From the NCBI GenBank assembly GCA_964057225.1, contig OZ059896.1, forward strand, positions 22,134,001-22,198,000: a stretch of DNA of 64,000 nt, read 5' to 3'. The notes under the pieces were generated by a model. The model had not been told where the DNA came from and made no database searches. It saw nothing but the letters and a program-made list of their open reading frames with translations. The position numbers and the translations under genes were made by a program. The stretch is from Auanema rhodensis. Lineage: Eukaryota; Animalia; Nematoda. Positions 42,401 to 57,500 of the stretch are shown here, one piece after another (position 1 is the first letter of the stretch; every line of letters begins with the position of its first letter).

Positions 42401-44998
42401 ATCTAAAAACATCTACTTTTTCCTAAATTATTTTGAAATTTTTCGAAAAAATTTTTGTCAAAATGTTTTTGGAAGCAATGTTGAGTGTACATGGAAACTC
42501 AACATACACTAATGCATCATTTTTCAAACGATCATAACTAATTTTTGTATTAAGCGTTTCTCAATGTAGTATAGTGCATTCGATGCGGATTTTTAAGCTG
42601 CGTCGATCTGTGTTATCAGATTTGCGCTAGCTTAAAAATGCACCGAGATATCAACTGATGTAAGTTCACACTTATATCCTCGATTTTCACCCTGAAGAAT
42701 TAATTTTTTCGTTGAATAACATTGTCCATCGTCTTTGCCTAGAAAAAAGGAATCTAAAAACATCTACTTTTTGCTAAATTATTTTGAAATTTTTCGAAAA
42801 AATTTTTGTCAAAATGTTTTTGGAAGCAATGTTGAGTGTACATGGAAACTCAACATACACTAATGCATCATTTTTCAAACGATCATAACTAATTTTTGTA
42901 TCAAGCGTTTCTCAATGTAGTATAGTGCATTCGATGCGGATTTTTAAGCTGCGTCGATCTGTGTTATCAGATTTGCGCTAGCTTAAAAATGCACCGAGAT
43001 ATCAACTGATATAAGTTTACACTTATATCCTCGATTTTCACCCTGAAGAATTAATTTTTTCGTTAAATAACATTGTCCATCGTCTTTGCCTTGAAAAATG
43101 GAATCTAAAAACATCTACTTTTTGCTAAATTATTTTGAAATTTTTCGAAAAAATTTTTGTCAAAATGTTTTTGGAAGCAATGTTGAGTGTACATGGAAAC
43201 TCAACATACACTAATGCATCATTTTTCAAACGATCATAACTAATTTTTGTATCAAGCGTTTCTCAATGTAGTATAGTGCATTCGATGCGAATTTTTAAGC
43301 TGCGTCGATCTGTGTTATCAGATTTGCGCTAGCTTAAAAATGCACCGAGATATCAACTGATATAAGTTCACACTTATATCCTCGATTTTCACCCTGAAGA
43401 ATTAATTTTTTCGTTGAATAACATTGTCCATCGTCTTTGCCTTAAAAACAGGAATCTAAAAACATCTACTTTTTGCTAAATTATTTTGAAATTTTTCGAA
43501 AAAATTTTTGTCAAAATGTTTTTGGAAGCAATGTTGAGTGTACATGGAAACTCAACATACACTAATGCATCATTTTTCAAACGATCATAACTAATTTTTG
43601 TATTAAGCGTTTCTCAATGTAGTATAGTGCATTCGATGCGGATTTTTAAGCTGCGTCGATCTGTGTTATCAGATTTGCGCTAGCTTAAAAATGCACCGAG
43701 ATATCAACTGATGTAAGTTCACACTTATATCCTCGATTTTCACCCTGAAGAATTAATTTTTTCGTTGAATAACATTGTCCATCGTCTTTGCCTAGAAAAA
43801 AGGAATCTAAAAACATATACTTTTTGCTAAATTATTTTGAAATTTTTCGAAAAAATTTTTGTCAAAATGTTTTTGGAAGCAATGTTGAGTGTACATGGAA
43901 ACTCAACATACACTAATGCATCATTTTTCAAACGATCATAACTAATTTTTGTATCAAGCGTTTCTCAATGTAGTATAGTGCATTCGATGCGAATTTTTAA
44001 GCTGCGTCGATCTGTGTTATCAGATTTGCGCTAGCTTAAAAATGCACCGAGATATCAACTGATATAAGTTCACACTTATATCCTCGATTTTCACCCTGAA
44101 GAATTAATTTTTTCGTTGAATAACATTGTCCATCGTCTTTGCCTTGAAAAAAGGAATCTAAAAACATCTACTTTTTGCTAAATTATTTTGAAATTTTTCG
44201 AAAAAATTTTTGTCAAAATGTTTTTGGAAGCAATGTTGAGTGTACATGGAAACTCAACATACACTAATGCATCATTTTTCAAACGATCATAACTAATTTT
44301 TGTATCAAACGTTTCTCAATGTAGTATAGTGCATTCGATGCGGATTTTTGAGCTGCGTCGATCTGTGTTATCAGATTTGCGCTAGCTTAAAAATGCACCG
44401 AGATATCAACTGATATAAGTTCACACTTATATCCTCGATTTTCACCCTGAAGAATTAATTTTTTCGTTGAATAATATTGTCCATCGTCTTTGCCTTGAAA
44501 AAAGGAATCTAAAAACATCTACTTTTTCCTAAATTATTTTGAAATTTTTCGAAAAAATTTTTGTCAAAATGTTTTTGGAAGCAATGTTGAGTGTACATGG
44601 AAACTCAACATACACTAATGCATCATTTTTCAAACGATCATAACTAATTTTTGTATTAAGCGTTTCTCAATGTAGTATAGTGCATTCGATGCGGATTTTT
44701 AAGCTGCGTCGATCTGTGTTATCAGATTTGCGCTAGCTTAAAAATGCACCGAGATATCAACTGATATAAGTTCACACTTATATCCTCGATTTTCACCCTG
44801 AAGAATTGATTTTTTCGTTGAATAACATTGTCCATCGTCTTTGCCTTGAAAAAAGGAATCTAAAAACATCTACTTTTTCCTAAATTATTTTGAAATTTTT
44901 CGAAAAAATTTTTGTCAAAATGTTTTTGGAAGCAATGTTGAGTGTACATGGAAACTCAACATACACTAATGCATCATTTTTCAAACGATCATAACTAA
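39437..44998. repeat. 7-monomer (2457-bp) periodicity, ~2.3 copies
   Basis: M114-M120 haplotypes repeat in order as M121-M127, and M128=M121. Confidence 0.82.
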
Positions 44999-47547
44999 AT
45001 TTTGTATCAAGCGTTTCTCAATGTAATATAGTGCATTCGATGCGGATTTTTAAGCTGCGTCGATCTGTGTTATCAGATTTGCGCTAGCTTAAAAATGCAC
45101 CGAGATATCAACTGATATAAGTTCACACTTATATCCTCGATTTTCACCCTGAAGAATTGATTTTTTCGTTGAATAACATTGTCCATCGTCTTTGCCTTGA
45201 AAAAAGGAATCTAAAAACATCTACTTTTTCCTAAATTATTTTGAAATTTTTCGAAAAAATTTTTGTCAAAATGTTTTTGGAAGCAATGTTGAGTGTACAT
45301 GGAAACTCAACATACACTAATGCATCATTTTTCAAACGATCATAACTAATTTTTGTATTAAGCGTTTCTCAATGTAGTATAGTGCATTCGATGCGGATTT
45401 TTAAGCTGCGTCGATCTGTGTTATCAGATTTGCGCTAGCTTAAAAATGCACCGAGATATCAACTGATGTAAGTTCACACTTATATCCTCGATTTTCACCC
45501 TGAAGAATTAATTTTTTCGTTGAATAACATTGTCCATCGTCTTTGCCTAGAAAAAAGGAATCTAAAAACATCTACTTTTTGCTAAATTATTTTGAAATTT
45601 TTCGAAAAAATTTTTGTCAAAATGTTTTTGGAAGCAATGTTGAGTGTACATGGAAACTCAACATACACTAATGCATCATTTTTCAAACGATCATAACTAA
45701 TTTTTGTATCAAGCGTTTCTCAATGTAGTATAGTGCATTCGATGCGGATTTTTAAGCTGCGTCGATCTGTGTTATCAGATTTGCGCTAGCTTGAAAATGC
45801 ACCGAGATATCAACTGATGTAAGTTCACACTTATATCCTCGATTTTCACCCTGAAGAATTAATTTTTTCGTTGAATAACATTGTCCATCGTCTTTGCCTT
45901 GAAAAAAGGAATCTAAAAACATCTACTTTTTGCTAAATTATTTTGAAATTTTTCGAAAAAATTTTTGTCAAAATGTTTTTGGAAGCAATGTTGAGTGTAC
46001 ATGGAAACTCAACATACACTAATGCATCATTTTTCAAACGATCATAACTAATTTTTGTATCAAACGTTTCTCAATGTAGTATAGTGCATTCGATGCGGAT
46101 TTTTGAGCTGCGTCGATCTGTGTTATCAGATTTGCGCTAGCTTAAAAATGCACCGAGATATCAACTGATATAAGTTCACACTTATATCCTCGATTTTCAC
46201 CCTGAAGAATTAATTTTTTCGTTGAATAATATTGTCCATCGTCTTTGCCTTGAAAAAAGGAATCTAAAAACATCTACTTTTTCCTAAATTATTTTGAAAT
46301 TTTTCGAAAAAATTTTTGTCAAAATGTTTTTGGAAGCAATGTTGAGTGTACATGGAAACTCAACATACACTAATGCATCATTTTTCAAACGATCATAACT
46401 AATTTTTGTATTAAGCGTTTCTCAATGTAGTATAGTGCATTCGATGCGGATTTTTAAGCTGCGTCGATCTGTGTTATCAGATTTGCGCTAGCTTAAAAAT
46501 GCACCGAGATATCAACTGATATAAGTTCACACTTATATCCTCGATTTTCACCCTGAAGAATTGATTTTTTCGTTGAATAACATTGTCCATCGTCTTTGCC
46601 TTGAAAAAAGGAATCTAAAAACATCTACTTTTTCCTAAATTATTTTGAAATTTTTCGAAAAAATTTTTGTCAAAATGTTTTTGGAAGCAATGTTGAGTGT
46701 ACATGGAAACTCAACATACACTAATGCATCATTTTTCAAACGATCATAACTAAATTTTGTATCAAGCGTTTCTCAATGTAATATAGTGCATTCGATGCGG
46801 ATTTTTAAGCTGCGTCGATCTGTGTTATCAGATTTGCGCTAGCTTAAAAATGCACCGAGATATCAACTGATATAAGTTCACACTTATATCCTCGATTTTC
46901 ACCCTGAAGAATTGATTTTTTCGTTGAATAACATTGTCCATCGTCTTTGCCTTGAAAAAAGGAATCTAAAAACATCTACTTTTTCCTAAATTATTTTGAA
47001 ATTTTTCGAAAAAATTTTTGTCAAAATGTTTTTGGAAGCAATGTTGAGTGTACATGGAAACTCAACATACACTAATGCATCATTTTTCAAACGATCATAA
47101 CTAATTTTTGTATTAAGCGTTTCTCAATGTAGTATAGTGCATTCGATGCGGATTTTTAAGCTGCGTCGATCTGTGTTATCAGATTTGCGCTAGCTTAAAA
47201 ATGCACCGAGATATCAACTGATGTAAGTTCACACTTATATCCTCGATTTTCACCCTGAAGAATTAATTTTTTCGTTGAATAACATTGTCCATCGTCTTTG
47301 CCTAGAAAAAAGGAATCTAAAAACATCTACTTTTTGCTAAATTATTTTGAAATTTTTCGAAAAAATTTTTGTCAAAATGTTTTTGGAAGCAATGTTGAGT
47401 GTACATGGAAACTCAACATACACTAATGCATCATTTTTCAAACGATCATAACTAATTTTTGTATCAAGCGTTTCTCAATGTAGTATAGTGCATTCGATGC
47501 GGATTTTTAAGCTGCGTCGATCTGTGTTATCAGATTTGCGCTAGCTT
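44066..47547. repeat. 5-monomer (1755-bp) duplication
   Basis: Private p108A at 45026 and 46781; M127-M130 match M132-M135. Confidence 0.82.
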
Positions 47548-47726
47548 AAAAATGCACCGAGATATCAACTGATATAAGTTTACACTTATATCCTCGATTT
47601 TCACCCTGAAGAATTAATTTTTTCGTTAAATAACATTGTCCATCGTCTTTGCCTTGAAAAATGGAATCTAAAAACATCTACTTTTTGCTAAATTATTTTG
47701 AAATTTTTCGAAAAAATTTTTGTCAA

Positions 47727-50700
47727 AATGTTTTTGGAAGCAATGTTGAGTGTACATGGAAACTCAACATACACTAATGCATCATTTTTCAAACGATCAT
47801 AACTAATTTTTGTATCAAGCGTTTCTCAATGTAGTATAGTGCATTCGATGCGAATTTTTAAGCTGCGTCGATCTGTGTTATCAGATTTGCGCTAGCTTAA
47901 AAATGCACCGAGATATCAACTGATATAAGTTCACACTTATATCCTCGATTTTCACCCTGAAGAATTAATTTTTTCGTTGAATAACATTGTCCATCGTCTT
48001 TGCCTTAAAAACAGGAATCTAAAAACATCTACTTTTTGCTAAATTATTTTGAAATTTTTCGAAAAAATTTTTGTCAAAATGTTTTTGGAAGCAATGTTGA
48101 GTGTACATGGAAACTCAACATACACTAATGCATCATTTTTCAAACGATCATAACTAATTTTTGTATCAAACGTTTCTCAATGTAGTATAGTGCATTCGAT
48201 GCGGATTTTTAAGCTGCGTCGATCTGTGTTATCAGATTTGCGCTAGCTTAAAAATGCACCGAGATATCAACTGATGTAAGTTCACACTTATATCCTCGAT
48301 TTTCACCCTGAAGAATTAATTTTTTCGTTGAATAACATTGTCCATCGTCTTTGCCTTGAAAAAAGGAATCTAAAAACATCTACTTTTTGCTAAATTATTT
48401 TGAAATTTTTCGAAAAAATTTTTGTCAAAATGTTTTTGGAAGCAATGTTGAGTGTACATGGAAACTCAACATACACTAATGCATCATTTTTCAAACGATC
48501 ATAACTAATTTTTGTATCAAACGTTTCTCAATGTAGTATAGTGCATTCGATGCGGATTTTTAAGCTGCGTCGATCTGTGTTATCAGATTTGCGCTAGCTT
48601 AAAAATGCACCGAGATATCAACTGATGTAAGTTCACACTTATATCCTCGATTTTCACCCTGAAGAATTAATTTTTTCGTTGAATAACATTGTCCATCGTC
48701 TTTGCCTTGAAAAAAGGAATCTAAAAACATCTACTTTTTGCTAAATTATTTTGAAATTTTTCGAAAAAATTTTTGTCAAAATGTTTTTGGAAGCAATGTT
48801 GAGTGTACATGGAAACTCAACATACACTAATGCATCATTTTTCAAACGATCATAACTAATTTTTGTTTCAAACGTTTCTCAATGTAGTATAGTGCATTCG
48901 ATGCGGATTTTTGAGCTGCGTCGATCTGTGTTATCAGATTTGCGCTAGCTTAAAAATGCACCGAGATATCAACTGATATAAGTTCACACTTATATCCTCG
49001 ATTTTCACCCTGAAGAATTAATTTTTTCGTTGAATAACATTGTCCATCGTCTTTGCCTTGAAAAAAGGAATCTAAAAACATCTACTTTTTGCTGAATTAT
49101 TTTGAAATTTTTCGAAAAAATTTTTGTCAAAATGTTTTTGGAAGCAATGTTGAGTGTACATGGAAACTCAACATACACTAATGCATCATTTTTCGAACGA
49201 TCATAACTAATTTTTGTATTAAGCGTTTCTCAATGTAGTATAGTGCATTCGATGCGGATTTTTAAGCTGCGTCGATCTGTGTTATCAGATTTGCGCTAGC
49301 TTAAAAATGCACCGAGATATCAACTGATGTAAGTTCACACTTATATCCTCGATTTTCACCCTGAAGAATTAATTTTTTCGTTGAATAACATTGTCCATCG
49401 TCTTTGCCTAGAAAAAAGGAATCTAAAAACATATACTTTTTGCTAAATTATTTTGAAATTTTTCGAAAAAATTTTTGTCAAAATGTTTTTGGAAGCAATG
49501 TTGAGTGTACATGGAAACTCAACATACACTAATGCATCATTTTTCAAACGATCATAACTAATTTTTGTATCAAGCGTTTCTCAATGTAGTATAGTGCATT
49601 CGATGCGAATTTTTAAGCTGCGTCGATCTGTGTTATCAGATTTGCGCTAGCTTAAAAATGCACCGAGATATCAACTGATATAAGTTCACACTTATATCCT
49701 CGATTTTCACCCTGAAGAATTAATTTTTTCGTTGAATAACATTGTCCATCGTCTTTGCCTTAAAAACAGGAATCTAAAAACATCTACTTTTTGCTAAATT
49801 ATTTTGAAATTTTTCGAAAAAATTTTTGTCAAAATGTTTTTGGAAGCAATGTTGAGTGTACATGGAAACTCAACATACACTAATGCATCATTTTTCAAAC
49901 GATCATAACTAATTTTTGTATCAAACGTTTCTCAATGTAGTATAGTGCATTCGATGCGGATTTTTAAGCTGCGTCGATCTGTGTTATCAGATTTGCGCTA
50001 GCTTAAAAATGCACCGAGATATCAACTGATGTAAGTTCACACTTATATCCTCGATTTTCACCCTGAAGAATTAATTTTTTCGTTGAATAACATTGTCCAT
50101 CGTCTTTGCCTTGAAAAAAGGAATCTAAAAACATCTACTTTTTGCTAAATTATTTTGAAATTTTTCGAAAAAATTTTTGTCAAAATGTTTTTGGAAGCAA
50201 TGTTGAGTGTACATGGAAACTCAACATACACTAATGCATCATTTTTCAAACGATCATAACTAATTTTTGTATCAAACGTTTCTCAATGTAGTATAGTGCA
50301 TTCGATGCGGATTTTTAAGCTGCGTCGATCTGTGTTATCAGATTTGCGCTAGCTTAAAAATGCACCGAGATATCAACTGATGTAAGTTCACACTTATATC
50401 CTCGATTTTCACCCTGAAGAATTAATTTTTTCGTTGAATAACATTGTCCATCGTCTTTGCCTTGAAAAAAGGAATCTAAAAACATCTACTTTTTGCTAAA
50501 TTATTTTGAAATTTTTCGAAAAAATTTTTGTCAAAATGTTTTTGGAAGCAATGTTGAGTGTACATGGAAACTCAACATACACTAATGCATCATTTTTCAA
50601 ACGATCATAACTAATTTTTGTTTCAAACGTTTCTCAATGTAGTATAGTGCATTCGATGCGGATTTTTGAGCTGCGTCGATCTGTGTTATCAGATTTGCGC

Positions 50701-51515
50701 TAGCTTAAAAATGCACCGAGATATCAACTGATATAAGTTCACACTTATATCCTCGATTTTCACCCTGAAGAATTAATTTTTTCGTTGAATAACATTGTCC
50801 ATCGTCTTTGCCTTGAAAAAAGGAATCTAAAAACATCTACTTTTTGCTGAATTATTTTGAAATTTTTCGAAAAAATTTTTGTCAAAATGTTTTTGGAAGC
50901 AATGTTGAGTGTACATGGAAACTCAACATACACTAATGCATCATTTTTCGAACGATCATAACTAATTTTTGTATTAAGCGTTTCTCAATGTAGTATAGTG
51001 CATTCGATGCGGATTTTTAAGCTGCGTCGATCTGTGTTATCAGATTTGCGCTAGCTTAAAAATGCACCGAGATATCAACTGATGTAAGTTCACACTTATA
51101 TCCTCGATTTTCACCCTGAAGAATTAATTTTTTCGTTGAATAACATTGTCCATCGTCTTTGCCTAGAAAAAAGGAATCTAAAAACATATACTTTTTGCTA
51201 AATTATTTTGAAATTTTTCGAAAAAATTTTTGTCAAAATGTTTTTGGAAGCAATGTTGAGTGTACATGGAAACTCAACATACACTAATGCATCATTTTTC
51301 AAACGATCATAACTAATTTTTGTATCAAGCGTTTCTCAATGTAGTATAGTGCATTCGATGCGAATTTTTAAGCTGCGTCGATCTGTGTTATCAGATTTGC
51401 GCTAGCTTAAAAATGCACCGAGATATCAACTGATATAAGTTCACACTTATATCCTCGATTTTCACCCTGAAGAATTAATTTTTTCGTTGAATAACATTGT
51501 CCATCGTCTTTGCCT
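47727..51515. repeat. 5-monomer (1755-bp) duplication
   Basis: Private p65G at 49195 and 50950; M137-M141 match M142-M146. Confidence 0.85.
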
Positions 51516-54500
51516 AGAAAAAAGGAATCTAAAAACATCTACTTTTTGCTAAATTATTTTGAAATTTTTCGAAAAAATTTTTGTCAAAATGTTTTTGGAA
51601 GCAATGTTGAGTGTACATGGAAACTCAACATACACTAATGCATCATTTTTCAAACGATCATAACTAATTTTTGTATCAAGCGTTTCTCAATGTAGTATAG
51701 TGCATTCGATGCGGATTTTTAAGCTGCGTCGATCTGTGTTATCAGATTTGCGCTAGCTTAAAAATGCACCGAGATATCAACTGATATAAGTTTACACTTA
51801 TATCCTCGATTTTCACCCTGAAGAATTAATTTTTTCGTTAAATAACATTGTCCATCGTCTTTGCCTTGAAAAATGGAATCTAAAAACATCTACTTTTTGC
51901 TAAATTATTTTGAAATTTTTCGAAAAAATTTTTGTCAAAATGTTTTTGGAAGCAATGTTGAGTGTACATGGAAACTCAACATACACTAATGCATCATTTT
52001 TCAAACGATCATAACTAATTTTTGTATCAAGCGTTTCTCAATGTAGTATAGTGCATTCGATGCGAATTTTTAAGCTGCGTCGATCTGTGTTATCAGATTT
52101 GCGCTAGCTTAAAAATGCACCGAGATATCAACTGATATAAGTTCACACTTATATCCTCGATTTTCACCCTGAAGAATTAATTTTTTCGTTGAATAACATT
52201 GTCCATCGTCTTTGCCTTAAAAACAGGAATCTAAAAACATCTACTTTTTGCTAAATTATTTTGAAATTTTTCGAAAAAATTTTTGTCAAAATGTTTTTGG
52301 AAGCAATGTTGAGTGTACATGGAAACTCAACATACACTAATGCATCATTTTTCAAACGATCATAACTAATTTTTGTATCAAACGTTTCTCAATGTAGTAT
52401 AGTGCATTCGATGCGGATTTTTAAGCTGCGTCGATCTGTGTTATCAGATTTGCGCTAGCTTAAAAATGCACCGAGATATCAACTGATATAAGTTCACACT
52501 TATATCCTCGATTTTCACCCTGAAGAATTAATTTTTTCGTTGAATAACATTGTCCATCGTCTTTGCCATAAAAACAGGAATCTAAAAACATCTACTTTTT
52601 GCTAAATTATTTTGAAATTTTTCGAAAAAATTTTTGTCAAAATGTTTTTGGAAGCAATGTTGAGTGTACATGGAAACTCAACATACACTAATGCATCATT
52701 TTTCAAACGATCATAACTAATTTTTGTATCAAACGTTTCTCAATGTAGTATAGTGCATTCGATGCGGATTTTTGAGCTGCGTCGATCTGTGTTATCAGAT
52801 TTGCGCTAGCTTAAAAATGCACCGAGATATCAACTGATATAAGTTCACACTTATATCCTCGATTTTCACCCTGAAGAATTAATTTTTTCGTTGAATAACA
52901 TTGTCCATCGTCTTTGCCTTAAAAACAGGAATCTAAAAACATCTACTTTTTGCTAAATTATTTTGAAATTTTTCGAAAAAATTTTTGTCAAAATGTTTTT
53001 GGAAGCAATGTTGAGTGTACATGGAAACTCAACATACACTAATGCATCATTTTTCAAACGATCATAACTAATTTTTGTATCAAACGTTTCTCAATGTAGT
53101 ATAGTGCATTCGATGCGGATTTTTAAGCTGCGTCGATCTGTGTTATCAGATTTGCGCTAGCTTAAAAATGCACCGAGATATCAACTGATATAAGTTCACA
53201 CTTATATCCTCGATTTTCACCCTGAAGAATTAATTTTTTCGTTGAATAACATTGTCCATCGTCTTTGCCTTAAAAACAGGAATCTAAAAACATCTACTTT
53301 TTGCTAAATTATTTTGAAATTTTTCGAAAAAATTTTTGTCAAAATGTTTTTGGAAGCAATGTTGAGTGTACATGGAAACTCAACATACACTAATGCATCA
53401 TTTTTCAAACGATCATAACTAATTTTTGTATCAAACGTTTCTCAATGTAGTATAGTGCATTCGATGCGGATTTTTGAGCTGCGTCGATCTGTGTTATCAG
53501 ATTTGCGCTAGCTTAAAAATGCACCGAGATATCAACTGATATAAGTTCACACTTATATCCTCGATTTTCACCCTGAAGAATTAATTTTTTCGTTGAATAA
53601 CATTGTCCATCGTCTTTGCCTTAAAAACAGGAATCTAAAAACATCTACTTTTTGCTAAATTATTTTGAAATTTTTCGAAAAAATTTTTGTCAAAATGTTT
53701 TTGGAAGCAATGTTGAGTGTACATGGAAACTCAACATACACTAATGCATCATTTTTCAAACGATCATAACTAATTTTTGTATCAAACGTTTCTCAATGTA
53801 GTATAGTGCATTCGATGCGGATTTTTAAGCTGCGTCGATCTGTGTTATCAGATTTGCGCTAGCTTAAAAATGCACCGAGATATCAACTGATGTAAGTTCA
53901 CACTTATATCCTCGATTTTCACCCTGAAGAATTAATTTTTTCGTTGAATAACATTGTCCATCGTCTTTGCCTTGAAAAAAGGAATCTAAAAACATCTACT
54001 TTTTGCTAAATTATTTTGAAATTTTTCGAAAAAATTTTTGTCAAAATGTTTTTGGAAGCAATGTTGAGTGTACATGGAAACTCAACATACACTAATGCAT
54101 CATTTTTCAAACGATCATAACTAATTTTTGTTTCAAACGTTTCTCAATGTAGTATAGTGCATTCGATGCGGATTTTTGAGCTGCGTCGATCTGTGTTATC
54201 AGATTTGCGCTAGCTTAAAAATGCACCGAGATATCAACTGATATAAGTTCACACTTATATCCTCGATTTTCACCCTGAAGAATTAATTTTTTCGTTGAAT
54301 AACATTGTCCATCGTCTTTGCCTTAAAAACAGGAATCTAAAAACATCTACTTTTTGCTAAATTATTTTGAAATTTTTCGAAAAAATTTTTGTCAAAATGT
54401 TTTTGGAAGCAATGTTGAGTGTACATGGAAACTCAACATACACTAATGCATCATTTTTCAAACGATCATAACTAATTTTTGTATCAAACGTTTCTCAATG

Positions 54501-57500
54501 TAGTATAGTGCATTCGATGCGGATTTTTAAGCTGCGTCGATCTGTGTTATCAGATTTGCGCTAGCTTAAAAATGCACCGAGATATCAACTGATGTAAGTT
54601 CACACTTATATCCTCGATTTTCACCCTGAAGAATTAATTTTTTCGTTGAATAACATTGTCCATCGTCTTTGCCTTGAAAAAAGGAATCTAAAAACATCTA
54701 CTTTTTGCTAAATTATTTTGAAATTTTTCGAAAAAATTTTTGTCAAAATGTTTTTGGAAGCAATGTTGAGTGTACATGGAAACTCAACATACACTAATGC
54801 ATCATTTTTCAAACGATCATAACTAATTTTTGTATTAAGCGTTTCTCAATGTAGTATAGTGCATTCGATGCGGATTTTTAAGCTGCGTCGATCTGTGTTA
54901 TCAGATTTGCGCTAGCTTAAAAATGCACCGAGATATCAACTGATGTAAGTTCACACTTATATCCTCGATTTTCACCCTGAAGAATTAATTTTTTCGTTGA
55001 ATAACATTGTCCATCGTCTTTGCCTAGAAAAAAGGAATCTAAAAACATATACTTTTTGCTAAATTATTTTGAAATTTTTCGAAAAAAGTTTTGTCAAAAT
55101 GTTTTTGGAAGCAATGTTGAGTGTACATGGAAACTCAACATACACTAATGCATCATTTTTCAAACGATCATAACTAATTTTTGTATCAAGCGTTTCTCAA
55201 TGTAGTATAGTGCATTCGATGCGAATTTTTAAGCTGCGTCGATCTGTGTTATCAGATTTGCGCTAGCTTAAAAATGCACCGAGATATCAACTGATATAAG
55301 TTCACACTTATATCCTCGATTTTCACCCTGAAGAATTAATTTTTTCGTTGAATAACATTGTCCATCGTCTTTGCCTAGAAAAAAGGAATCTAAAAACATC
55401 TACTTTTTGCTAAATTATTTTGAAATTTTTCGAAAAAATTTTTGTCAAAATGTTTTTGGAAGCAATGTTGAGTGTACATGGAAACTCAACATACACTAAT
55501 GCATCATTTTTCAAACGATCATAACTAATTTTTGTATCAAGCGTTTCTCAATGTAGTATAGTGCATTCGATGCGGATTTTTAAGCTGCGTCGATCTGTGT
55601 TATCAGATTTGCGCTAGCTTAAAAATGCACCGAGATATCAACTGATATAAGTTTACACTTATATCCTCGATTTTCACCCTGAAGAATTAATTTTTTCGTT
55701 AAATAACATTGTCCATCGTCTTTGCCTTGAAAAATGGAATCTAAAAACATCTACTTTTTGCTAAATTATTTTGAAATTTTTCGAAAAAATTTTTGTCAAA
55801 ATGTTTTTGGAAGCAATGTTGAGTGTACATGGAAACTCAACATACACTAATGCATCATTTTTCAAACGATCATAACTAATTTTTGTATCAAGCGTTTCTC
55901 AATGTAGTATAGTGCATTCGATGCGAATTTTTAAGCTGCGTCGATCTGTGTTATCAGATTTGCGCTAGCTTAAAAATGCACCGAGATATCAACTGATATA
56001 AGTTCACACTTATATCCTCGATTTTCACCCTGAAGAATTAATTTTTTCGTTGAATAACATTGTCCATCGTCTTTGCCTTAAAAACAGGAATCTAAAAACA
56101 TCTACTTTTTGCTAAATTATTTTGAAATTTTTCGAAAAAATTTTTGTCAAAATGTTTTTGGAAGCAATGTTGAGTGTACATGGAAACTCAACATACACTA
56201 ATGCATCATTTTTCAAACGATCATAACTAATTTTTGTTTCAAACGTTTCTCAATGTAGTATAGTGCATTCGATGCGGATTTTTGAGCTGCGTCGATCTGT
56301 GTTATCAGATTTGCGCTAGCTTAAAAATGCACCGAGATATCAACTGATATAAGTTCACACTTATATCCTCGATTTTCACCCTGAAGAATTAATTTTTTCG
56401 TTGAATAACATTGTCCATCGTCTTTGCCTTGAAAAAAGGAATCTAAAAACATCTACTTTTTGCTGAATTATTTTGAAATTTTTCGAAAAAATTTTTGTCA
56501 AAATGTTTTTGGAAGCAATGTTGAGTGTACATGGAAACTCAACATACACTAATGCATCATTTTTCAAACGATCATAACTAATTTTTGTATTAAGCGTTTC
56601 TCAATGTAGTATAGTGCATTCGATGCGGATTTTTAAGCTGCGTCGATCTGTGTTATCAGATTTGCGCTAGCTTAAAAATGCACCGAGATATCAACTGATG
56701 TAAGTTCACACTTATATCCTCGATTTTCACCCTGAAGAATTAATTTTTTCGTTGAATAACATTGTCCATCGTCTTTGCCTAGAAAAAAGGAATCTAAAAA
56801 CATATACTTTTTGCTAAATTATTTTGAAATTTTTCGAAAAAATTTTTGTCAAAATGTTTTTGGAAGCAATGTTGAGTGTACATGGAAACTCAACATACAC
56901 TAATGCATCATTTTTCAAACGATCATAACTAATTTTTGTATCAAGCGTTTCTCAATGTAGTATAGTGCATTCGATGCGGATTTTTAAGCTGCGTCGATCT
57001 GTGTTATCAGATTTGCGCTAGCTTAAAAATGCACCGAGATATCAACTGATATAAGTTCACACTTATATCCTCGATTTTCACCCTGAAGAATTAATTTTTT
57101 CGTTGAATAACATTGTCCATCGTCTTTGCCTTGAAAAAAGGAATCTAAAAACATCTACTTTTTGCTGAATTATTTTGAAATTTTTCGAAAAAATTTTTGT
57201 CAAAATGTTTTTGGAAGCAATGTTGAGTGTACATGGAAACTCAACATACACTAATGCATCATTTTTCAAACGATCATAACTAATTTTTGTATTAAGCGTT
57301 TCTCAATGTAGTATAGTGCATTCGATGCGGATTTTTAAGCTGCGTCGATCTGTGTTATCAGATTTGCGCTAGCTTAAAAATGCACCGAGATATCAACTGA
57401 TGTAAGTTCACACTTATATCCTCGATTTTCACCCTGAAGAATTAATTTTTTCGTTGAATAACATTGTCCATCGTCTTTGCCTAGAAAAAAGGAATCTAAA